Origin: Octopus sinensis
Taxonomy: Eukaryota
NCBI RefSeq assembly: GCF_006345805.1
Contig: NC_043015.1
Span: forward strand, 19,716,001-19,780,000
Direction: 5' to 3'
Length of the DNA: 64,000 nucleotides
Shown: positions 13,271 to 24,722 of the stretch, one piece after another
How positions within the stretch are numbered: position 1 is the first letter of the stretch
How the letters are laid out: each line of letters opens with the position of its first letter
The notes under the pieces: generated by a model
Seen by the model: the letters and a program-made list of their open reading frames with translations, nothing else
What the model was told of the DNA's origin: nothing
Databases searched by the model: none
Program-made: the position numbers and the translations under genes

Positions 13271-14187
13271 GTAAGTATCCTTCCACTGATACACAACCAT
13301 GTTGTCAATCAATCCAGTATTGAGATAAGGAACAGCTGCTTTTAGGATACTGGTTTAAGGTTTAAAATTTGGAGATCAATTAACCTTGTCTTTATATCAT
13401 CCTGTGTTTTTAACACATTACTGCATGGTAACTGGGTACATGAGGTTCTATGCATGTGTACTTGAAGCAAATTAACTTGTTTTTAATAGTGGGGTACATT
13501 TCATAATTGTCCACATTTCATATGATATAGTACACACATTTTATTGTTGTTGGCCAATAGAAAGCGGTTGTGAGAACTGATTTGTATATAATTAGCATGT
13601 TACATCACCAGCAAGAATTTAATCAGTGCAGTGAAGTTTAAACATTGCTAATAACAAAGGAGAAAGAAAGTCACATCAAAATATCTGGATAGAATTTCAG
13701 AAAGTTATGATCAAAGGATAAACGTTGAAATCAGGAACAGCAGAAGGGTGATTTGAAAGGAGAAATCCTATATTGTGGACTGTTACTTCCTTCATTGATG
13801 AAGGACCATATAAAATTAAGAGGCAAGCATTAATTTCATTTGCCCTGGTTACAGATTGTATATGTGCACAGGGACAAGTCTTAGAGAGAACAGTGTCCTC
13901 CACCCCACTCACTTTACTGGGTGAGCAAGATATGCACCCAACAGACTTAAATATAAAAACCCATCAAAGGAGAGTTTGTTGCAGAGAAGGTATCAGTTAA
14001 TTACACCTGGAGAGGAAATATGCACCAACAGGTGACATTTCTAATTGAAAACAACATTGCTGTTCCCTACTGTCACTTTAGAGCATACATTTTTGAAACT
14101 TCCATAACATAACAATAATAAAGCATAGTAATAATGATATTAATAATAATAATAATTATTATAATAATAATAATAGAATAACTCAAA

Positions 14188-14705
14188 TATGGACTTAACA
14201 GAGAAAAGAAATTGGTACGACCATAAACCCGAAGGCATCATCGAAAATGATAATGCAAAGATCCTGTGGGATTTTGATTCAGTGTGACTATGAGGTAGAG
14301 AATAGGAAGCCAGACATAGTCTTAATTGAGAAAGAAAACAAACTATGCTGGATCATAGATATAGCATACCCAGCTGACAACAAGGTGTGCATTAAGGTAG
14401 AAAGAAAAGTCGATAGATATGACAGGTTAGCTTGGGAGGTTAAGCTGTTGTGGTTGATGCAAAAGGTGGCAGTAGTACCAATAATTGTCGGAGACTTGGG
14501 AACAGTGAGTAAAAATCTTGAGAAGTACATGGAACAAATAAGGGCTGCAATAAGGGTGGAGCACTTGCAGAAAACAGCACAGCTTGGAACCGCTCAAATT
14601 TTCTGGAAGGTGCTCGAAAAATAAGGGACTTTACCTTAGTTCACTGGTAGTGAACAGCTGACACCATAGTACATCTCCAGTGTGAGAAGCTGTGCAAAGG
14701 CAATG
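14188..14705 (+). mobile_element. 5'-truncated R4/Dong-clade non-LTR retrotransposon (restriction-like endonuclease domain) with 21-bp TSD
   Basis: WYDHKPEGIIENDNAKILWDF/IQCD...RKPDIVLIEK...IIDIAYP...VVPIIVGDLG...LQKTAQLGTAQIFWKVL with one frameshift; ataataatagaataactcaaa duplicated at 14167-14187 and 14706-14726. Confidence 0.85.
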
Positions 14706-15138
14706 ATAATAATAGAATAACTCAAAACAATCTTGATGGACAACACACTATACAGTAAGCACCTAATAATCTAAAACTGCCCAACTCCTGCAACATATAC
14801 TTGACAAGATTAAGGCCCAGTCAAATAACACAACCCACATTATTCATGTGACATATGACACAACAAACACTAATATTACAAGAAAAAGAGAAACTAAATC
14901 TAATGCCAAAACAAACTGAAGCAGAAGACCAACAGGAAGAGTCTACACTCCTCCAGTCTTTACAAAAAACATGAACACAATGTTGCCATACACCTCAGGA
15001 ACATGGAGTTGTACCAGATGATGCAGTAGAAACTTGCAAGAAACTACCGAAGGAAAACTCGAAAATAACAATGTTAGTAATAATAATAAAAATAATGATA
15101 ATAATAATAATGGTGATAATACCAAATTTCTATTTCAG

Positions 15139-15312
15139 TTGATACATCTCCTTCGGGTGAAGGTCACTTAGAAGCTGAGGTCAAATGCAAAGGGACTTTG
15201 GTACGCAGCAATGTCCAAGATTTAGGGGCAGGCAAACATGAGGTAACCTTCACCCCCCGTGAAGCATCTACCCACATGGTCACACTGTTGTTTAATGGGT
15301 ACCCTTTACCAG
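15139..15312 (+). CDS. Filamin-family exon 7 (C2, 174 nt)
   Basis: tatttcag acceptor, gtaagc donor; DTSPSGEGHLEAEVKCKGTLVRSNVQDLGAGKHEVTFTPREASTHMVTLLFNGYPLP(G). Confidence 0.93.
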
Positions 15313-15469
15313 GTAAGCAGTTTCATTTTTCATTTGTTATATTACATTGGGAGACTGTTTATTTACATGTACTTCACTGGCCAAACAAAATATCAGATGA
15401 GGAGCTGTCACAAACTCATTGCAAAAGGCCTTTGAAATAAAATGCTGGCAGATCATATACATACATACA

Positions 15470-15505
<36 letters not shown>

Positions 15506-15759
15506 TATTATATATATATATACACACACATATATATATACACACGCACACACACATATATATATACACACACACACAGACGCACGTGCTATCATTACAC
15601 ACATACACACACATACCTCCTTCTCTTGCACTCTCCTGTCTTTGAAAGAACTTTTTCTTCACCCATTCCCTTCCCGTCATTCAAAATGTGACCACGTGTG
15701 TACTGTTGGCGATTATTTTTTTCCTCCGTCTTCCCTTCCTTGGATCTTTCTTTTCCTAT

Positions 15760-15794
15760 GTTTCTGACGAAGAGCTCCACTCGAAACGTTAAAT
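15760..15794 (+). ncRNA. Minimal type-I hammerhead-ribozyme-like motif, core intact, inside a ~220-bp element (15669-15892)
   Basis: GTTT-CTGACGA-A-GAG-ctcca-CTC-GAAA-CGT-T-AAAT: stem I GUUU/AAAU, stem II GAG/CUC, palindromic helix III ACGU, GUU triplet; activity untested. Confidence 0.55.
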
Positions 15795-16348
15795 CCTCTT
15801 TCTTTCCTTTCTTGAGCGTCCAATAACAGATTACTTGTTCCATATCCCCGCGTTGTTGTGTTTTCTCTTTGTATTTTCATGTTTGGATTAACTTTATATA
15901 TATACACATATATATATACACATACACGTATATATATATACACACACACACACATATATATATTTATATATATATATGTATGTATAGAGAGAGAAAGGCA
16001 TGTGCTCAGAATGGACCAGAGGCAGGATACCAATAGTTGCATGAAATTAGACACTACCTAAATAGCCAAAGAAGATCTCATAAAACAGATGAAAGTGAAC
16101 TGTTAGTAATGGACCTTGCAGACCACAGAAAGTTAGTAACAAAAAAAAAAGAAAGAAAAGAAAATGGCCATAATGGTGTTGAACTGTTGAAGTGTTACTT
16201 TCCAGCTGACAGTCCAATGATTAAAACAAAGAATGAAAGAATAACAGAATATGTGAACAAGTTATAAAAATGCTTCGGACCACATTACATTTCATTTACT
16301 CATGAAGCGCTCTCTCTCCCTCTTTCTTCCCCACCCTTCATATATATA

Positions 16349-16386
<38 letters not shown>

Positions 16387-16391
16387 AAATT

Positions 16392-16638
16392 GTTTAAAGA
16401 AAACAGAGATTACACATAGAATATTCATTTTTTAATCATTGTGCAGCCATATTAAGTTCTTTTTTGCCTACGTGATGTTTCAGCCATTTGTCTGTGTCCA
16501 TACTTGCACGTTAAAATGTGTTATGATGTAATCGCTAACAAATGGCTGAAACATCAAATAGGCAGAAAAGAAGAACTTAATATGACTGCACAATTGTTAA
16601 AAAATGAATATTCTATATATATTCTGTTTTGTTTAAAC
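16392..16638. mobile_element. Hairpin (MITE-like) element with ~100-bp inverted arms
   Basis: atagaatattcattttttaa...gtgatgtttcagccatttgt is mirrored by acaaatggctgaaacatca...ttaaaaaatgaatattctat. Confidence 0.7.
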
Positions 16639-16886
16639 TATTAATTATTTCTCTTATATTGAAAAGAAATTAAGTCTCTATAGGAACAACTGGATTTTCG
16701 GAAGTGAAAAGTACTAAGAATGGTCAAACTAGCCAACCACAAACATTAGTAAATAAGCACATGACCGATAACTAAGATTATCAATTGATAATAGCACAAA
16801 ACTGATTCCCGCTCAGATAACATACCCCTAAAAAAATTTTTTTCTAAGAAACTTTTGGCAAACAGGCCTATATAAATAAATAACTA

Positions 16887-16950
<64 letters not shown>

Positions 16951-17448
16951 ATATGTAGAGTTAGTGGTTGGATAACCATCTAAGGAATAAGAATATGTTA
17001 TTGCTACCGGTATAAATTACCTATGTTAACCCTGGGCATAGATATGCAAGTATGCTCTGCCCATAGGATACAGGCAATAACAGAATAAACAAGTTTATCA
17101 GGAATCAAATTTAAATTAAACAGAAAATGGAAAAAACTTTTGATCAACAAACAAATTAACTACCATCACTTATTATTTTTTAATACAAAACTTTAGCATT
17201 GATTACAGCCGTTTCTGCTGCCAATGTCAGTCGGTGCCACCAAAGAAAATTATGAGATTCCTGATAAACTTACATACAGTTATATAATATATATATATAT
17301 TATATAAATATAAATGAATGAATGTGTGTGTGTGGGGGGTAGATAGATAGACACACATACAGATTACATAATTGATAAAATACTTAAGATTGTATGTAAC
17401 TGTAATGTTGCCTTCTTCAAAACCAATACTTTATATTGTCTTAAACAG

Positions 17449-17592
17449 GTTCTCCTCTTCATACTGATGTCTTGGATTCCAGCAGTGTATCTGCAAGTGG
17501 TGATGGTTTGAAAACAGCTCAAGTGTTTCGATCAACAGGCTTTGACGTTAACACCAATGGTGGACAAGAAGACCTTGATGTTACAATTACAA
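17449..17592 (+). CDS. Filamin-family exon 8 (D2, 144 nt)
   Basis: aaacag acceptor, gtaaat donor; SPLHTDVLDSSSVSASGDGLKTAQVFRSTGFDVNTNGGQEDLDVTIT. Confidence 0.9.
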
Positions 17593-17868
17593 GTAAATAA
17601 ATCCATTTAAATAGTTTTATTTTTATTATTTTTGTGCCTTGGAAGCGATGAGTTGGCAGAACTGTTAGCATGCTGCACAAAATGCTTAGCAGCATTTCGT
17701 CCAGTTCTTTATGTTCTGAGCGTCAAATTCCACCGAGGTCAACTTTGCCCTCAACAAATTCTGTCTGACCCATGCGGGCATGGAAAAGTGGGCATTAAAC
17801 AATGATGAGGATGATATTCCTTCTCTCTGTTATGACTTTGATGAATTTATTTTAATAATGTTTTTCAG

Positions 17869-18090
17869 GCCCAACAAGAACACAATTGCCATTCAGCAAG
17901 GTACAAAGAGGCAGTGTCTGTCATATTGACTTTACCCCTCGAGAAGTTGGTACCTATACAATCGAAGCATTGATTGCAGGAACCCCCATTTCAGGAAGTC
18001 CTTTTTATTGCCATGTGTTTGATCCTAACCTTGTACGCATCACTGATGTTGACCGGAACGGCAAGGTCCAGAGAGAGATTTACTACACAG
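17869..18090 (+). CDS. Filamin-family exon 9 (fused A3+B3, 222 nt)
   Basis: tttttcag acceptor, gtcagt donor; PTRTQLPFSKVQRGSVCHIDFTPREVGTYTIEALIAGTPISGSPFYCHVFDPNLVRITDVDRNGKVQREIYYT. Confidence 0.93.
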
Positions 18091-18126
18091 GTCAGTCTAA
18101 GAGTCAGTCTTTCTGTTTTCCTTTTC

Positions 18127-18166
<40 letters not shown>

Positions 18167-18396
18167 TAATCAGAGGACAGGCAGTGAACTGGTAGAATTT
18201 TAAGGATGTCAGACAAAAGTCTTAGCAACTTTGCTTCTGGCTCTTAACATTTTGGGTTCAAATACCATCAAGGCCAACTTTGCCTTTCATCTTTTCGAGG
18301 GATCAATGAAATAAGTACCAGTTAAAACAATAGGGTCATTGTAATTGACTACTCACTCCCTCAACAGTTTCAGTCCTTGTGCCTATTGTAGAAAGA

Positions 18397-18439
<43 letters not shown>

Positions 18440-18440
18440 C

Positions 18441-19043
18441 ATGTTTCACTTTTGTTTTGTATTTGTACAAGTTGGCTCCAAGTCTCACCCAAAAGCCTCA
18501 AGAGACAACAAGTTAGAAGTTCATGTTGGTGTTATGTTTAGAGTGTCATATATTTGGTTCTGTACATAGTGTTGTTCTATGGAATGTTTCAGAAACCATA
18601 AGAAAATTACGTTTATTTTAAAACTTGAGATTACATAGACAGTATTTTACGTAGGATATGGGCAGTTCCCATGAGCACTATCTTTTGAATTACTGCCATT
18701 TTGGGGTTTCCTGATATCTGAGCTAGGTAGGAATCAGCCCGTTTTGCTATCATTCCCAGGGCACCTATGACAACAGGTATTGTTTTAGTTTTCAGGTTCC
18801 ACATTTTGCTGATTTCTATTTCAAGATCTTTATACTTGCTCAGTTTTTGGTAGGTCTTGACAGATACGTTTATATTGATTGGGACAGTCATATCAATGAG
18901 GAGGCATGATTTTTGTCTGAAGTCTTTCAATATGATACCTGGCCTACTTGCATCTATCTTTCTGTCAGTTTGAATGGTGAAATTCCAGAGGAGTGAGATG
19001 CGATCATTTTCAAGCACTGGAGGTGGTTTGTGATCCCACCAGT
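18441..19043 (-). mobile_element. 5'-truncated R4/Dong-clade retrotransposon, second family, embedded in (ATT)n
   Basis: ORF 18631-19017: ENDRISLLWNFTIQTDRKIDASRPGII...LIDMTVP...KYKDL...IPVVIGALG...QKIVLMGTAHILRKILS; flanked by (ATT)n on both sides. Confidence 0.85.
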
Positions 19044-19410
19044 TTATTATTATTATTATTATTATTATTTAAGGGTAGAAAAGGAAGTGTTGCCTTCTAG
19101 CAAGTTTGTTGAAATGTGGGTGAATGTTGGAAGAACGGTCAGTGTGAAAGGACCAATTCTGAGCATACACCTGTGAAAGATAAAAGAAGTGCTCTTGCCT
19201 GCGGATTTTGTGGGTTTTTCCATGAGGACCTTTAAAGCCCCTCCCCTATTGGGAGTTTTACATTAATTTTTTTTTTTTTTGTTTACACAAGGAAAACCCA
19301 TTGTATCATTTTGTGTTGTCTTTTATGTTGTTGCATGTCCTTTAATGTTGTTTTATGTAAACCGTTGTGGCTAATAAATGAATTAACTATAATTATTATT
19401 ATTATTATTA

Positions 19411-19612
19411 AGGTGGTGAGCTACCAGAATCATTAGCATATTAGATGAAATGTTTAGTGGTATTCCGGGTTCAAAATATCTGGGTTCAAATTCGACTTTG
19501 CTTTTCATCCCTTTGGGGGTCAATAAATTAAGTACCAGGGAAACACTGAGGTCGATGTAATCGACTAGTCCCCTCCCATAAAATTTCAGACCTTATGCCT
19601 TTAGTAGAAAGG

Positions 19613-19652
<40 letters not shown>

Positions 19653-20082
19653 TATTATTATTATTATTAAGGCAGCGAGCTGGCAGAATTGCTAGCACAC
19701 CAGGTGAAATGCTTAGCAGTATTTCATCTGTCACTATGTTCTGAGTTCAAATTCCACCGAAGTCGACTTTACCTTTCATCTTTTTGGGGGTCAATAAATT
19801 GAGTACCAGTTATGCACTGAGGTCGCTGTAATTGACTGGTCCCTTCCCAACAAATTTCAGGCTTTGTGCCTATAGGAGAAAAGATTATCATTATTAAGGT
19901 GGTAAGCTGGCAGAATCATTAGCACACCCGGCAAAATGCTTAGCAGCATTTCATCCATCCCTATGTTCTGAGTTCAAATTCTGCCGAGGTCGACTTTGCC
20001 TTTCATGTCCTGGGGTCAATATAATTGACGATCCCTACCCCCAAATTTCAGTCCTTGTGCCTATAGTAGAAAGGATTATTAT
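19411..20082 (+). mobile_element. Head-to-tail array of three tRNA-derived SINEs separated by (ATT)n
   Basis: Unit: ggcagcgagctggcagaa...ctgagttcaaattcc (B box)...gcctttcatcctttcggggtcgataaattaagtaccag...agtagaaaggattatt; more than 20 copies in the window. Confidence 0.8.
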
Positions 20083-20151
20083 TATTTTTGTTGTTCTTGT
20101 TATTTTGTCTATTTACGCTGTCTTCTTCATTCTCTTCTGGTTCCATTGCAG

Positions 20152-20325
20152 TGGATGCTTCAGGAGCTGGTGATGGAGACCTAGAAACAGCTGTCACTCA
20201 TTATGGACGAACACTTCTCACTAAAAGAGAAAATCTTGCAAACAATAATTACCGTTTCTCGTTTGTGCCAGAAGACTCAGGCCAATATGAAGTTGATGTT
20301 CAATTCAATAATGAACAAATCCCAG
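20152..20325 (+). CDS. Filamin-family exon 10 (C3, 174 nt)
   Basis: ttgcag acceptor, gtaaat donor; DASGAGDGDLETAVTHYGRTLLTKRENLANNNYRFSFVPEDSGQYEVDVQFNNEQIP(G). Confidence 0.93.
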
Positions 20326-21044
20326 GTAAATTATTTAAATTTTCTATATTTGGTATCACATATTGGGTATAATGGGAGATGGTGTAATATTTGGAAGGTA
20401 ATGGAAGGGTCTGCCCTTCGCAACATAAGGCAACGGTTTTTCACAGCTATGGAGTAAAACAGCTTTGGTGGTGACAAACAGATGCACACACACACACACA
20501 CATACACACACATATATTTGTACCAGTACCACATTAAAAGCACCCAGGACACACTATAAAGTGATTGGTGCTAGGAAGGGCGTCCAGCCATAGAAACCAA
20601 GCCAAGTCAGACTGGAACTTGGTGCAGCTCTCCTGCTTGTCAGCTCTGGTCAAACTGTCCAACCCATGACAGCATGGAAAACGGACATTTAAGGATGATG
20701 ATGATAATGATATAAAACAGGCTTCAACCTAAATTCACTACCAAATTCACTCATGAGGCATCAGTCAGCCTAGGGTTATAGTAGAAGGCACTTACCCAAA
20801 GTACTATGCATTGGGATTGAACCTGAAACCACATGGTCAGGAAGCAAGCTTCTTAATCACATGACCATGCATGCACCTCATATTTAGTAGTGGCTGGTGA
20901 CTACCATAACTCAGGTTTAATTCCATTTTAAAGATATTTCATTTCATTTAACACCAAGAGCCTTTAGGAAGAGCAACACCATCGCTTCTGTTTGTTTCTG
21001 TTTGTTTGCTTTTACGTCCCCATAATTTTAAGAATTAAGAAATA

Positions 21045-21447
21045 ATACAGTTCTATATTTAAGAGATGAGGAATTATGTACATTATTTACATTTGACAGA
21101 TATTTGTCCTCATCTTGTTTGTTGTTAACACAATGTTTCTGCTGATATACTCTCCAGTCTTTGTCAGGTGTCTTGGGGAAATTTAACCACTACGCCATAT
21201 GCCCATGAGATATGGCATAGTGGTTAAAAGTGCTGGCTACTAACCCTAAGATTCCGAGTTTGATTCCAAGCAGTGATCTTAATAATAATAATAATATCGA
21301 AAAATACCTAAGGAATGAGAATCCAGGTTCAAAATTTTCCCAAGACACCTGATGAAGGCTGGAGGGTATATCAGCCAAAACATTGTGTTAACAACAAACA
21401 AGATGAGACAAATATCCGTCAAATGTAAATAATGTAAATAATGTAAA
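21045..21447. mobile_element. Palindromic tRNA-headed element with hammerhead-like motif, copy P2
   Basis: Partial left arm, central dyad taaccactacgccatatgccc/agatatggcatagtggtta (21184-21226) and nearly full right arm; HHR-like motif at 21344-21389 has GAAA>AAAA. Confidence 0.8.
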
Positions 21448-22281
21448 GAAATAATCTTTTAACCCTCTAGCAGTCAGATTACTGTCAAATATAAGGCTTA
21501 TTTATTCATATTGTTCTGAATTAATCATGCATTATCTCGTAATTTTCAAGATTTCAATAATGTGATTGTTTTTGCTTAGAATGACTTTGTAGGGTAGGTG
21601 TGAGAGGCTGAATCTGGTCAGTCTGAACATAAAAGAACTAGAATGTTTGCACCAGAAATGACTGGTTTAAATGCTAATCCTATTGCTTAGGCTTACCGCT
21701 CATCTTTGTGTATTGTAGTCAAGGGTGATCAAGGCCAGGACATCTTTGATTGTAAAGTCTGTTTGACCAATGCTAACTTAAGAACAAAACATCAACAGCA
21801 TACCCCATCAGACACACATCTAAAAAATATGTTTAAAAAACAAAGTTGGTTGTTCACAATTCTTTTTAAACTCCGTCATTATAACCAACAAACTAAAATG
21901 AAAAAAAAACCATCATCATTTAGCGTCCATCTTCCAAGTTGGTATGGATTGGATGGTTTGACAGGATCCAACTGGTCTGTGGACTGTGGTGAACTCAAAT
22001 GTCAGCAAGGTTTCTATGGCTGGATTCACTTTACAGACAGTACTGAGTGCTTTTATATGTCACCAGCACTAGTGAGGTCACCGAGTCGGTTCCAAAACAA
22101 GATTCTTCGATTGAGGTGGTGGGGTAGAGGTTGTAGTATTGAGGGGCAATGGCTTATGCCATGTGTTGAGAGGTTAAAGTATGACAGAAGGACAGGAACA
22201 GGTGTTTCATTGTAGTGAAATTCCATGGCCACCCCAGCTGGTGGTGAAACTCCAAGATAACTATTTCCTTATCTCTTTCAG

Positions 22282-22440
22282 GTTGTCCAGTCATTGTAAT
22301 GGTTGAAGACGAAATGCCAACCTTCATCACCATAAATTTCCGTGGAATTCGGATGATAAACGCCATGGACCTCAACTGGTTCCTTATAGAACTGAATGGA
22401 GAGAAAATTGACATGAGCCTTTTACAGATATTAATTCGAG
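22282..22440 (+). CDS. Filamin-family exon 11 (D3, 159 nt, divergent)
   Basis: ctctttcag acceptor; CPVIVMVEDEMPTFITINFRGIRMINAMDLNWFLIELNGEKIDMSLLQILIR; weak donor G|gttgac, but phase 1-1 and joins exon 12 as LIR-A-PNG, matching the module pattern. Confidence 0.72.
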
Positions 22441-22705
22441 GTTGACCACTGACCATTGCACAAAAAAAAAACTACCACGCTTTGCTTCGATTGCTGGAAA
22501 TGGCTGCACATTTTCATTATTTTTTTTATTGGTTTATTTTTTCCATATTTTTTCTGGGTCTTTATTCTTTTTGTCTGTTTTATTATTTTGTTTATATTTT
22601 TATATATCTTATTTTATTTTCGACAGTCTAGAAATGGTCCATCAATAGGAGCTTTGTGTACTTTCAGGAATATAAAAAAATTTTTGTTCTAGATGTGTAT
22701 ATGTT

Positions 22706-22758
<53 letters not shown>

Positions 22759-23529
22759 TATATATATAATATATATATATATATATACACATACACACAT
22801 CATATATGTGAATAAGATCAATAAGATCATACTGCTTGCTTTTAAATTATTAACCAAATCATACCAGGTGTTTTGTCATGCAAACAAAGATTATCTAAGG
22901 CATAAAGAAAGGTGATGGGAAGAATTTGGGTTTTTTTCATTTTTTTTTTGTTCCCACCTTTTTTTCATATTTGTTCACTCTTACCATTTATTTCATCCCT
23001 TAATTTTATTCAGTTTATCATTCACATTGCACTTTATTTTTTTTTAAACCTTTAAAGCCAAAACTTGAGGCTTGAATTTTATCTGTTTCATTATTAAATG
23101 TATTTGTGGATTTGTTTTATTCAGTACAGTGACTTCTTCAACATATATTCCTTTCTTCCTCTCACTCTCTCTCTCTCTCTCTCTCCATCTCTCACTCACT
23201 CTCTCTCCCTCTCCATCTCTCACTCTCTCTCTCAATATGTTGCCAGAAAATGAGGTTAGTTGCTTACTTCCTGAAATATAGTCAGTCTGTTACATATTAT
23301 CATGGCTTATTTACCATTTAGGTATTTTTATGGTTTGATGGAAATATCTAATTCGCCTTAAATTTTTCATATTCCCACATGAAAGCCAAAAAATCCCCCT
23401 GTTTTATTTTTCATAGGAGCAGGGTTTTCATAGCTGTTTGTTCATAAAATGCCTAACAACAATTAAGAGTTTGAAAATTATCATTTGCAAATCTCACAAT
23501 GAGAGATATTCAGCAACAGTACTTTGTAT

Positions 23530-23871
23530 TAAAGATTTTTGCCAACATAACATGGCAGTCTTGGTTCAGGACGAATGTTGCTGTAATTTAGCCCCAGGAA
23601 ATATTGTTCCAGCTGGCTATACGACACAGTTTGTGTCCTTATAATTTCGAACAAGAAATCTAACATGCCCACTCAGCTCAAAACAATATCTGTGTATCAT
23701 GATGAAAGGAAATAACCCCGAAATCGCATTACACAGATATTGTTTTGAGCTGAGTTATAAGGACACAGATTATGTTGTATAGCCAGCTGGAGACGATGTC
23801 TCCCGGGGCTAAATTACAGCAACATTCGTCCTAAACCAGGACTGGCTTGTTCTGTTGGCAAATAATCTTTA
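23530..23871. mobile_element. Nested foldback/MITE: ~110-bp outer inverted arms plus a 25-bp inner inverted repeat
   Basis: ggacgaatgttgctgtaatttagcccc mirrored by ggggctaaattacagcaacattcgtcc; inner ctcagctcaaaacaatatctgtgta mirrored by tacacagatattgttttgagctgag. Confidence 0.75.
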
Positions 23872-24546
23872 CTCCATTAAGAGATAGGCTTTTAGAGATT
23901 CAAACTCCCATGTTTCCATACAATGTCTGACAACGATTAAAAGACAGGCTTAGAGAATGTTGAGCAATGACCAAAAGAGTACAATGGCAAATACAAGCAG
24001 CCAAAATAGAGTTCCTCTGAAAGATCTCTGAAGTAATGTTATTTAACAGGGTGCATAGCTCAGGTATCAGGAAGATTCTCCCAATGGTGCTGCTACTTCT
24101 CTTCTTTGTAAAATTAATGGATGATAATGATGTATTATAAATAACAGGGTTTATATTTTAATTGTTTTACATAATGTCTTTAACTTTTTAAAAGTTCCTG
24201 GCTTGGTTACTAAAGATTTTAACAAATGAAACTTTGTTTGCTGTGTAAACTAAACTTATATTAATCTACCTGTGAACCATACAGAGTTCAATAAACTTGT
24301 TTTTTTTTTTTAACTCTGGTTTCTCTAACATTAAACAAATGAAAATGATTCTCCATTCTTCCCTGGAAGCATGGAGAATCTTCGTCTCAAATGATGGAGT
24401 TTATGATGACACGCCCTGCCTAGCAACCATCAATGCATGACACACTGCAGATTCCATTGAACTCTTCCACTCATATGTAAAAATATGAAGAAACAGATTC
24501 AACTTAATAGAAACATATAGATCTGTGGGTTGCACCAAGTCTTTTG

Positions 24547-24722
24547 CAATAGCATAGCTAGTGGGGCAGGGGGAATAAGCGGGTGTGGTCTGCTCCAGGT
24601 GACACTTTTATGAGCACTTTTGGGTCTGCTATATAAAGGCTGTCTAGATTTTGGTACCCCAGGGTGGAGGGCAACATATAGAAGGGCTACTCCTGGCAAC
24701 ACACTCTCTAGCTACACCATTG
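24547..24722. mobile_element. Short MITE-like element with imperfect 15-bp TIRs
   Basis: caatagcatagctag ... ctagctacaccattg (12/15 inverted match); GC-richer interior. Confidence 0.45.

Noticed and set aside
21208-21280. tRNA gene calls at SINE and P-element heads
   Set aside because: Only A/B-box-like motifs are present, with no acceptor stem or cloverleaf, and they are embedded in repeats
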